A stretch of DNA of 64,000 bases, from positions 64,001 to 128,000 of the IMG/VR virus record IMGVR_UViG_3300032820_000001. One strand, 5' to 3'. Positions within the stretch are counted from its first letter, which is position 1. Each line of letters starts with the position of its first letter. This stretch comes from a virus. Shown one piece after another: positions 1-8,123 of this stretch. Below the pieces are notes generated by a model. It saw only the letters and a list, made by a program, of their open reading frames with translations, ran no database searches and had not been told where the DNA came from. Both the position numbers and the translations under genes were made by a program.

Positions 1-1791
1 TGCTTTGGGACTGTTTTTGAGGAGCCCGGTGGATGCGCTCGCCAAAGCTTTGTCGCGGGCCGGATTAAAAAGGGCCTTCTTTAGCCATGGGGCATATCCA
101 AGGGCAGTGCCAGTGGCAAGCGCACCGCCAACGTTCCCGCCCATTTCTTGGGCCTGTTGAAAAACGCCCTTGGGGCCTATGCCGGCCTTTTTTCTGGCCA
201 GTGTTTCGGCTGCGGTTGTTCCTGCGCCTCCGGCGCCGACACCTAAGCCAGTGGCGTTGCCCTTTATCCAATTATCCACAAGTTTGCCCAAATCTTTAGC
301 TATTACACCAAACCACTTCCCAACAAAAAACTTTAAGATATTAAAGATTTTCTCCAACATCTTCGATGATTTAAGGGCAATCGACTTCTCATCCATTTTT
401 CCCTCTTCGAGCTTCTTCTTGATGGTGCTGGTGTCTATTTTTCCCGTCAGCATCTTCTTGAAGGTGGGTGCGTCGACGCCCATATGTTTGGCCATCATAT
501 CTAACTCTGCTCCGGCCACTTGTGAAATATCTTTTCCCGCAAGTTTGTAAATTCTCCTCACCTCCATGAGTGGAGCGAGAGGATCTTCAAAAGCCTTTTC
601 CATAAATCTCATAGGATCAGCCAATCCTTGGCCAACGATTGAATTTAACTTGCTCGCAAAATCGGCAGCACCTGAAATTGTTTTTAATGAATCATTAAAC
701 CCAAGAATCGTATCAGTCGATACAGATAGTTGAGCGGATGCAATCGCAACGTTGCTAAAATTGTCTTTAAGCTGCCCGGCATAAAGAGAAAGTCGAGGCA
801 TCGCTTGCTGGAATGCAGCAAGCATTTCACCTGGAGGTTTTTTCATGGCGAGACCAAGTTCCATCATATCCCTCTGAATATCTCTTGCCTGCAATGGAGC
901 CTCTCCGAATGCCTTTACCAAGTCTGTGAAGCTTTGGGCTGCCGAATCAGTGGAAACTCCGAACCGCTCCCACAAAGCAAAGGATTCTGCGATGCCCTGA
1001 GTGAAGCCCTGAAGCTGGTTTGTCGGGAAGGCTCGCTCAAGAGACGTAAGCGCGTTTGTTATTTGGGCTCCATAGGGGAGCAGGCGGATCATAGATTGTT
1101 GTAGCTGTTCGGTCATCTCGGCGCCGCGACCAGTTACCCGATTATAATCGGCCACCACGTCCTCCGTGGCGGAAAAGGCAAATGCAATTCCTGCAGCTGC
1201 ACCTTGCATGGCCTTTTTTCCTGCTGCCATCGCTACATTCTGCACATTGATGGTTTTGGCAACTTCGGCTCTGGCTTTTATGGCCTCTTCGGAGTTTGAG
1301 GACATAGCTTTGCTGGCCAGCTTTATCTTGTCTATGTAGCTGTCTTGAATACCAATGAGGCCGGTGAGATCGCGGGCAAGGTCATTATATGCGCCGATGC
1401 TTGCTTGCATCCCCTTGTTTTCTTTTTCGCGTTCTTTGTTTATTCTCTTAATTTCTTTACGAAGGTTTTTAAGAGCATCAGCGTGATCCTGTCCCTTATC
1501 CTCTAAGGATTCATAAAGATCAACCTGCGCTTCCATGATCGCAATGTTAGCTTTTTCTTGTTCTTCTACACTCGCATTCAGATCCAGCTCGTCGCGGCGT
1601 TGCTGCAATCTTCTCCACATCGCGGCTTCTTGCTTTTCTTGCATCTTATCAAAATCACCGGGGGATGAGGGTGAGGGTGAGGGCGTTGGCGGTGTAGGTC
1701 CAGGCGAAGGGGTGCCTTGGGCCGTTATCGTGGTCCTGAGCGCATTTAGAGCGGCAATAAGAGCTGCGGAGTTGAAATTAGGGGGTGGCAT
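1..1791 (-). CDS. Tape measure protein, N-terminal part (partial; runs off the left edge, so absent from the ORF track)
   Basis: ATG at 1791 with SD GAGGT. Translation starts MPPPNFNSAALIAAL... and reads as an Ala/Gly/Lys-rich helical sequence (...MEKAFEDPLAPLMEVRRIYKLAGKDISQ...). I saw no stop before the window edge. It lies downstream of tube and tail chaperone, the usual tape-measure position. Confidence 0.7.
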   Translation of the reverse strand, partial: MPPPNFNSAALIAALNALRTTITAQGTPSPGPTPPTPSPSPSSPGDFDKMQEKQEAAMWRRLQQRRDELDLNASVEEQEKANIAIMEAQVDLYESLEDKGQDHADALKNLRKEIKRINKEREKENKGMQASIGAYNDLARDLTGLIGIQDSYIDKIKLASKAMSSNSEEAIKARAEVAKTINVQNVAMAAGKKAMQGAAAGIAFAFSATEDVVADYNRVTGRGAEMTEQLQQSMIRLLPYGAQITNALTSLERAFPTNQLQGFTQGIAESFALWERFGVSTDSAAQSFTDLVKAFGEAPLQARDIQRDMMELGLAMKKPPGEMLAAFQQAMPRLSLYAGQLKDNFSNVAIASAQLSVSTDTILGFNDSLKTISGAADFASKLNSIVGQGLADPMRFMEKAFEDPLAPLMEVRRIYKLAGKDISQVAGAELDMMAKHMGVDAPTFKKMLTGKIDTSTIKKKLEEGKMDEKSIALKSSKMLEKIFNILKFFVGKWFGVIAKDLGKLVDNWIKGNATGLGVGAGGAGTTAAETLARKKAGIGPKGVFQQAQEMGGNVGGALATGTALGYAPWLKKALFNPARDKALASASTGLLKNSPKA

Positions 1792-1803
1792 TTAACTTTA
1801 CCT

Positions 1804-2139
1804 CTATCTAAACGGCCATTTAATGCCAGTGGTTCTCTCAAACTTGCTAACCGCAGAATTTAATGAATACTTACTTCTATATGTCTGAGGATTATCAAGT
1901 CCATATTTCTTGTACTTGGTTAAATAGTCTTTTTCTTTTCCCAAAACTTTTGAGAAATCGCGGACTTGAGATTGAGTTCCTTTAACTGTTACGGGAATGC
2001 TAGTTCCGCCAAACATGGAGCCCATGATCTTTTCAATTGCCCAGCCAAAAGTTCTAAACCAACTCTCGTCGAGTTCGCCATTGGCCATTGCATTTAAATC
2101 AATCTCAATTTCTTGCAATTCGCCTGTTGTATCGTTCAT
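1804..2139 (-). CDS. Hypothetical protein (111 aa) immediately upstream of the tape measure gene
   Basis: ORF with SD GGAGG 8 nt before ATG and a late-promoter-like motif at 2174-2181. Confidence 0.75.
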   Translation of the reverse strand: MNDTTGELQEIEIDLNAMANGELDESWFRTFGWAIEKIMGSMFGGTSIPVTVKGTQSQVRDFSKVLGKEKDYLTKYKKYGLDNPQTYRSKYSLNSAVSKFERTTGIKWPFR

Positions 2140-2173
2140 GTTCTTTCCTCCATAAGAAGTTGTATTTCCTTAG

Positions 2174-2181
2174 TAAATAGT
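2174..2181 (-). promoter_or_regulatory. Late-promoter-like motif ACTATTTA
   Basis: About 35 nt upstream of ATG 2139; one of nine intergenic copies. Confidence 0.55.
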
Positions 2182-2186
2182 TCAAA

Positions 2187-2222
2187 TAAAAAAATAGAGA
2201 GAATGTATAAAGTCCTCTCTAT
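2187..2222 (-). terminator. Possible intrinsic terminator after the tail chaperone extension ORF
   Basis: Minus strand ATAGAGAG-13 nt-CTCTCTAT followed by a T run. The large loop makes it weak. Confidence 0.4.
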
Positions 2223-2414
2223 CTTCTTCCGCGAGAACTGGATGCTCTGTTCTCGGATTCTCTTTCTTTTTGTTCTATGAGTCGCTTAATAAACCACCTT
2301 CGAATTGTAATTGGGAGAGTGTAAGCCTCTGCAAATGACCAATTCCCATGGTATTTTAATACAAATAATTCTTCGTATACTGATTCAATATAATTATTAT
2401 CGAGGCCAAAAAAA
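2219..2414 (-). CDS. Probable frameshift extension of the tail assembly chaperone (FFGLDNNYIESVYEELFVLKYHGNWSFAEAYTLPITIRRWFIKRL...)
   Basis: Lies in the +1 frame relative to 2397..3278 and overlaps its end at a T7 run. The ORF-track start (GTG at 2455) has no SD. Confidence 0.6.
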
Positions 2415-3278
2415 CTCGTAATTGACAGGAACCTCCAGGTCCTGTCGCTCGCCACACTTAGAACATTGAAATTTTTGAGTCATATCAATGTTGGGGGTTA
2501 ATTCAGCATATACGCCGCGCAAATACTTGGAGTCCAGCGCGGGCATAATGTCTACAAAGTTAGAAATTTGTGATCGGTCTTTGATGCCATTGGCTCCGAT
2601 GATAATCATTTTAAGAGTATCGGTTAGAGCAGTGGATGCGTGACCCTGCTTCTCTTTTCGTTTTTGGAAGGCTTCCAGTTTCTCCTCGTCAGCACCCGTC
2701 ATCAGCCTGATCTCTACGTCGGTCTCACTCTTGGGAAGTGTCACAATAAAGGTGCCGTCATCAGTAACTTGGATATCTTCGAGTTCTCCATTGAGCTCTT
2801 CTGCACTAAAGGAGGCACCAACAGTCGACTTTTCATCCAAGTCAAAGGAGAAGTCCTGCTCTGTATTGCAAGAGGGGCACTCCACTTTCGTCAGATAGTC
2901 GGCCCCATAGCCAGCTACACGAGCTGCCACAGTGAGGGCGTTCCTGTCTCCCGTAAGGAGGTCTTTAACATTAATTTCTTCGTCCACGATGAGGCTCTGA
3001 AGCATTCTATCAACAGCAACACCTTTCTGGATAAGGGAAACTGATGCTAGGATGTCTTCTTCCTTTGCGGTCATGTGGCGCATTTCTACCGATTCAACGC
3101 CGCTGAGTGCATGGTTGGCCGGATAATACAATCCGCGTGAAGGAAGATCCACAAATTCAGTGGGAACTGTGAAACTTAATCCTTGTGCGGGTGGTGGCGT
3201 GGTGTTTTCTTCCACGTCAGGAGCAGAGGCTTTGGGGGTTTTTGTCCCCGTCCTCGCTCGATTATTTCTTGATGACAT
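2397..3278 (-). CDS. Tail assembly chaperone / T4 gp26-like baseplate hub assembly protein
   Basis: Motifs VDLPSRG.YYP, MTAKEEDIL, LL.GDRNAL..AAR..GYG, two CxxC pairs (CPSC, CSKC) and terminal FFWP. Located between tube and tape measure. SD GAGGTG. Confidence 0.7.
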   Translation of the reverse strand: MSSRNNRARTGTKTPKASAPDVEENTTPPPAQGLSFTVPTEFVDLPSRGLYYPANHALSGVESVEMRHMTAKEEDILASVSLIQKGVAVDRMLQSLIVDEEINVKDLLTGDRNALTVAARVAGYGADYLTKVECPSCNTEQDFSFDLDEKSTVGASFSAEELNGELEDIQVTDDGTFIVTLPKSETDVEIRLMTGADEEKLEAFQKRKEKQGHASTALTDTLKMIIIGANGIKDRSQISNFVDIMPALDSKYLRGVYAELTPNIDMTQKFQCSKCGERQDLEVPVNYEFFWPR

Positions 3279-3306
3279 TAATCACCTCTTTCTTTCTCTG
3301 GTGTTA

Positions 3307-3918
3307 TTATAAAGTGGTATCACCTTGCGGTTTGAAAAATGGTGTTCCGCCGCCCAATCCGTTTTGGGGGGTTGAAAGTTCGGCGTAATCATATCTCAAT
3401 ACAAGCTCAATGGTACTCAACTCGTCCGATTCATAATCAAGCATGCTGAAATTTACTGATTGGATCCATGCACTCTTCAAAACCCATTGCTCAAGTTTGG
3501 TATTGGTATTCTCGCCAATTTGAGTAATTGTCACAGTACCCATGGCGGCGATGGCGTCCGACTTATTGACGGTTGTGATACCCTCAGTTGCAGTTGTAGC
3601 ATTGCCTGGAATTCTATACCCCGAATTTTGGAGTATTTTGGCAGTTGCAGCAGCGGCATCCGGGTTGACCGGATCAACAAGTGTAATTGTAACAGTTTCC
3701 CACTCCACACGACCTGGGTAGTGGAAGGTGTGGTTAATATATTTATGTGCTGTCTCAGTGATAGAGAATTTTGGCTTGTCCGCTTTAGACGCGTACCAAC
3801 TTGCGTTTTGGGGGAAGCCTTCTTCACCGACGAGACCGGAGGCGATGTCCACAAGAAATCTATATGCCCGTTTAGGGTCTTGACCTTTAGGGTTTGTCCA
3901 AAAATTCTGGTTTGTCAT
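3307..3918 (-). CDS. gp19: Tail tube protein (T4 gp19-like)
   Basis: YPGRVEWETVTITLVDP...EQWVLKSAWIQSVNFSMLDYESDELSTIELVLRYDYA. Directly downstream of the sheath gene. SD AAGGAG. Confidence 0.85.
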   Translation of the reverse strand: MTNQNFWTNPKGQDPKRAYRFLVDIASGLVGEEGFPQNASWYASKADKPKFSITETAHKYINHTFHYPGRVEWETVTITLVDPVNPDAAAATAKILQNSGYRIPGNATTATEGITTVNKSDAIAAMGTVTITQIGENTNTKLEQWVLKSAWIQSVNFSMLDYESDELSTIELVLRYDYAELSTPQNGLGGGTPFFKPQGDTTL

Positions 3919-3952
3919 TTGTTATTTCTCCTTATGAATCAATCTTCACAGA

Positions 3953-3960
3953 TAAGTAGT
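3953..3960 (-). promoter_or_regulatory. Late-promoter-like motif ACTACTTA
   Basis: About 35 nt upstream of the tail tube ATG. Confidence 0.55.
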
Positions 3961-3972
3961 GCCTTTATTCCT

Positions 3973-6900
3973 TTAATCTTCAAAAGATGCTCCAGTTTTC
4001 TGAATGATAAAATCAATTGCAATAAATTCTATTGATCTAGCTGGCTTCAAGAAAACTTTAGCATACATAACATTTCTGTCAATCAAGTCAGGAGTAGTAG
4101 TTGTTTCGTCCAAGACGATCTTATAGTCAGTTAATCCCATTTGAGCCTGAACATCTGCCAAGAAAGGCTCTGCTCTAGCCAGGAATCGTGACCAAGTGGC
4201 CGGACCATTGTTATCGAACAAAGTAGTTGAAGCAATATTAGAAATCCCTTTCTTAACATATAGCATCATTCTTCGAACGTTCACTCGGTCCAATGCAGAT
4301 TGGGTGGCTTGTAAAGTTTTCTGTCCGAAAATTACAATACCCTCTGCTGGGAATTTAGCGATTGGGTTCACATTGTTCTCGTAGAGTTTATCTCTCATCT
4401 TCCGAGTCAAGTGTTCGCGAACACCAATCACAGGGATACCCGCTGCACCATCAGATAGGCCGCCGCGTGTGAATCCTGCTGGCGCGAACCATGGTGCTGC
4501 CTTCTTGTCGTTGCTCGCAAAAGTACCGAGAGCGGCGACAGAAGGGGGAACCCATAAAATTAACCCTGCGCCAAATTCATCCTTCGTCTGAACCCAGGGG
4601 TAATATGAGCAGCCATAGCTGCTGTTAAGTGACCTGTCTTTAAGAGCGGATACTGTACTATTGACGGATCCTACTCGATCTTCTGGGGGGTCGTTTGAAT
4701 CTGCTGATGGCAGATAGCCGTCCTCCAAATCAATGATGGCGAGGGCATCTGCGCGTGTTTCGCAAACATCAATCAAGTGAGTTGTGAGAGCGGGGGTTGT
4801 AACACCCGGCACAGTGGCCAAACTTATGTTCACGACTTCCGGATCGGCAATTGTGTCAATCGCCCTCTTCACAGAGTTGAATGCATAATTATTATATTCC
4901 GTAGAGTTACCACCTTCCGACGTTTTCGTGTTTCTGATGGGATCTTGATCATAAATATCAAATCCGTCAAATCCTCCAACAAGTGGCATCGTAAAGCGAT
5001 TGATTCCCGCATCTAAAACGCGAGTATAACTGGGGGATAGTCCACCAGATTCGGCGTCTGGGGTTGGGCCACCTGCGGTGATGGAAAGGCCATCGACTCG
5101 GTTAGTTGTGTTATAAACCACCTGATTTTCAATTCCGCCGGAGCTTGAGACATACGCAATGTTATCTAAACTAAATACGAAATTTCCTCCGTCGGCGACA
5201 GTTGTTTTGGTAGCATCGGTAGGTAGGTAACGAGCCAAATCGATATAAGATCTTTCAAAACTCGTGCTGCCTGCTCGATCTGTGGTAATTCCGAAATATG
5301 GCTCTGTTGGATCTGTGAATCCGCCTTCCGAAGAACTAACTCTGAGTGCCATAGAGGGCCCTGTAAGTGTAAAGGAACCTGTTGATCCTGCTGCTCCTGA
5401 AATAGATGTAGTCAAAGCAGAATGAGGAATATCAAGTTGCCAGTTTGCAGGGGCACTACCGGTGGAATTAACAGCGCCGGTGGTTGTTACATATGTATCT
5501 GGCCCTTGGAAACCAAAAGGTAGGTAATCAGACCCGTATTGAGTTGACTCCATATCCACATAAATATATTTGGATTTATTGGCATAATCTCCGTACTCAG
5601 TAAAGCGTCTTTCATTGTCAGACCATTCGGCGTATTTATCTCCAATTTTAACGGGGAGGTAATCAGCAGAATTGGGGTTCAAATTACAATTAGTAAACAT
5701 TTCTAAGACGCGTTTTTTGGTGTCAGTGTCTCGCGCATCGCGGACTTCAACCGTGAACGAACCATAGGGATTAAAATCCGGGTTCGTTGGAGCCGAGATA
5801 TCTGAGATAGAAATTTTAATATTTGAATTGGCCCACTCGCCAGTATCAATCGCCTTCAAACTAAAGAGCGTAGGCATATCAGCGGGGTCATAAGAGCCCG
5901 TATCTGGGCTCGTTGCTTGGCCAATCACCTTGCCAGTTTGGGCGGTCTGAGATCCTACCTTGCGGCAGCACCCGTCCGTCAATCCGACAATTACTCCATA
6001 CGCATTTCCTGCCAAGGCTGCTGTGGAACCTAGAGTGTCTTCGAGATTTCGTTCATACGTTTCTCCCAAAAAGTAAGTGGCAGCACTTGGTGTAATTTCA
6101 CCGAGGCGGGTGGGATCAGTGTTGAAGGACTTACGAATATAAGCTCCGTCATTGGGATTAAAATTAAAAGAAGATGTAACGACAGGGTTGCCATCAGCAT
6201 CCTCAATAATTGCTTTAAACTGAAAATCTCCGCCATTGCTGGAGATGAATTCACATGCGCCATTGGTGGTAACGGCGCCATTAAGGTTTTCACCAGCTAG
6301 CCGGATCGAGCCTGTATTGAGATACCAGATGGCAGCAAGGGTGCCCCCATCTGCGGCTGCGCCGGGCGTTGTTGATGCGTCGGTTCCTCCCGATAGGGCG
6401 CCGCCTGGGCCAGTGGTAAGAGTGGCATTGCTGAAGTCCGTTGTAACTGTGTGAGTATTTCCATCTGCTCCCGCAACGCTGGCGGAAATAGTGATTACAC
6501 CCAGCACATTGCTGGCGCTGAAATACGAACTTCCATTAATGGCGAGGACACAAGCTTCGGCGCGGGCTGTGTTATCGGCGCCGCCTCCGGCTGGTGGGGC
6601 GATGGGGATTTCATCATTAACAGTTTTCGTATCGTCGCCGCCTGCGACGGTGGTGAGGGTAATAATTTGTCCATCAATCAAAACGTCAGTAATCTCCAGG
6701 CTACAAGTAGCATAGGTCGCAGGGACCACAACGGGGGATGAAGATGCCGAGGCAACAAAAAGGCCGAATGCGCCTCCGTTGGAGGCAGTGCTCGGATTTG
6801 GAGTGTTTACTGTCTTCCAGCCCGCTTCGCCGTTTCCAGCAGAAGCACCTGTTCGAGTTTCGCCAAGAACACGAACCACGGTCAGCGGTGATCCGCTCTT

Positions 6901-7173
6901 GAGCCATGCTCGTGCAGCGTAAGATGCGTAAGTGGGGGAGGTTCGATTGCCCTCTCTCCAGACGTCGCCGCCTTCGCCGCCAGGAATGGGGTTTCCAAAG
7001 AGTTCCACAAAATCCAAGAATGAATTGACAGTGACGGGGCGCATTGCTGGCCCTCGCTGGGTTCTGCCGATGACAGCTGGGCCGACTTCGGCTGCCTGCC
7101 TGGGCAATTGAGATTGGTCTATTTCGGTTAAGAAAATTCCGGGGGATACAAAACGATACTTATTAGCTGACAT
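3973..7173 (-). CDS. gp18: Tail sheath protein (T4 gp18-like), ~1066 aa with insertions
   Basis: N-terminal FVSPGIFLTEIDQS. C-terminal PWFAPAGFTRGGL, LYENNVNPIAKFP.EGIVIFGQKTLQ...SALDRVNVRR, LKPARSIEFIAIDF. Start moved to ATG 7173 (SD AAGGAG). Confidence 0.95.
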   Translation of the reverse strand: MSANKYRFVSPGIFLTEIDQSQLPRQAAEVGPAVIGRTQRGPAMRPVTVNSFLDFVELFGNPIPGGEGGDVWREGNRTSPTYASYAARAWLKSGSPLTVVRVLGETRTGASAGNGEAGWKTVNTPNPSTASNGGAFGLFVASASSSPVVVPATYATCSLEITDVLIDGQIITLTTVAGGDDTKTVNDEIPIAPPAGGGADNTARAEACVLAINGSSYFSASNVLGVITISASVAGADGNTHTVTTDFSNATLTTGPGGALSGGTDASTTPGAAADGGTLAAIWYLNTGSIRLAGENLNGAVTTNGACEFISSNGGDFQFKAIIEDADGNPVVTSSFNFNPNDGAYIRKSFNTDPTRLGEITPSAATYFLGETYERNLEDTLGSTAALAGNAYGVIVGLTDGCCRKVGSQTAQTGKVIGQATSPDTGSYDPADMPTLFSLKAIDTGEWANSNIKISISDISAPTNPDFNPYGSFTVEVRDARDTDTKKRVLEMFTNCNLNPNSADYLPVKIGDKYAEWSDNERRFTEYGDYANKSKYIYVDMESTQYGSDYLPFGFQGPDTYVTTTGAVNSTGSAPANWQLDIPHSALTTSISGAAGSTGSFTLTGPSMALRVSSSEGGFTDPTEPYFGITTDRAGSTSFERSYIDLARYLPTDATKTTVADGGNFVFSLDNIAYVSSSGGIENQVVYNTTNRVDGLSITAGGPTPDAESGGLSPSYTRVLDAGINRFTMPLVGGFDGFDIYDQDPIRNTKTSEGGNSTEYNNYAFNSVKRAIDTIADPEVVNISLATVPGVTTPALTTHLIDVCETRADALAIIDLEDGYLPSADSNDPPEDRVGSVNSTVSALKDRSLNSSYGCSYYPWVQTKDEFGAGLILWVPPSVAALGTFASNDKKAAPWFAPAGFTRGGLSDGAAGIPVIGVREHLTRKMRDKLYENNVNPIAKFPAEGIVIFGQKTLQATQSALDRVNVRRMMLYVKKGISNIASTTLFDNNGPATWSRFLARAEPFLADVQAQMGLTDYKIVLDETTTTPDLIDRNVMYAKVFLKPARSIEFIAIDFIIQKTGASFED

Positions 7174-7240
7174 TGCGAGGTCTCCTTTTGGCTTACTCAT
7201 CTCTAAAAATTGAGTATTACAACACGATTATATACCATAT

Positions 7241-7248
7241 TAATTAGT
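7241..7248 (-). promoter_or_regulatory. Late-promoter-like motif ACTAATTA
   Basis: Intergenic, upstream of the sheath gene. Confidence 0.5.
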
Positions 7249-7304
7249 ATTTAAGAATTTCAAAAGCAGAAAAAGTGTTTTTTATGGCTAATAAAGGGGG
7301 TTTA

Positions 7305-8123
7305 TTAAAAGAAGTCTAAATCAGACTCGTCTAACATTGTTCTTTCGCGGGGGATTTTCACCTCAACAGCATTCTGTCTCTTCACAATAAATGGCTTCTC
7401 TTGGTTGGGGCCGGCGCCGACGAGATAACCCAAGACGCGGATGTCAATTTCACACTCATACATTCTCTCATCCTCTCCCATCTCCTCAACATTACTTGTA
7501 GATGTAAAATCAGATTCAATAAAAGCTTCGTACTTGTGGCCGTCTTTTATGACCGTGAAATAATTTATATTACCTGTCGCGGTCATAAATGGTTGTAATA
7601 AATCATTCATTTGCTGTTGGTACTCGGTTCGAACCTTAACAATATAGTTAGCGTTAACCGAAACTGGAAAAGGGATAGTGATGGTTTCATACACAATCTT
7701 TTTGTTCTTCCTTGGAAAATTTATCTGCCCGCGATCTTTGAGGGCGTCGGCGTTGGCAAAATTAGATGACTTATCTTGGTTGATTTGTCGAGTAATTTGA
7801 AATCCGCCGCCTTTTGCATCAGGGTCATTTGGAATGTTAGCCCATGCAACCCCTTTGCGCGTGGCATCTTTCTCAAACCCTGTTCGCTCTAGAGATAAGA
7901 GAGGAAGGATCAGGGCCCCTTCTTTGTCGCGCATTTCTTTGCTGCGCTTTGACTGATAAGCTCTCTCTGCGGAAACCCAAATAGTGGGGACTTTTTTATA
8001 CCCCCTGTTTGAAGTAACATGGAGATCCATCACTTCGTTTAGCCACTCGTACATCGCCAAGTCCATCGTTTCAATAGTTGATGGCTCAAAAGGTATTACA
8101 ATTTCTTCTTTATCTTCTGCCAT
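7305..8123 (-). CDS. gp15: Tail terminator / sheath stabiliser (T4 gp15-like)
   Basis: Position between neck genes and sheath; 272 aa; LILPLLSLERTGFEKD and VPTIWVSAER resemble gp15-type proteins. Confidence 0.55.
   Translation of the reverse strand: MAEDKEEIVIPFEPSTIETMDLAMYEWLNEVMDLHVTSNRGYKKVPTIWVSAERAYQSKRSKEMRDKEGALILPLLSLERTGFEKDATRKGVAWANIPNDPDAKGGGFQITRQINQDKSSNFANADALKDRGQINFPRKNKKIVYETITIPFPVSVNANYIVKVRTEYQQQMNDLLQPFMTATGNINYFTVIKDGHKYEAFIESDFTSTSNVEEMGEDERMYECEIDIRVLGYLVGAGPNQEKPFIVKRQNAVEVKIPRERTMLDESDLDFF

Noticed and set aside
5940-6000. Odd TDGCCRKVG stretch in the sheath, suggesting a short compensated frameshift
   Set aside because: The frame is open throughout and both flanks look sheath-like. 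I cannot distinguish loop divergence from an indel pair without reads or homologues.
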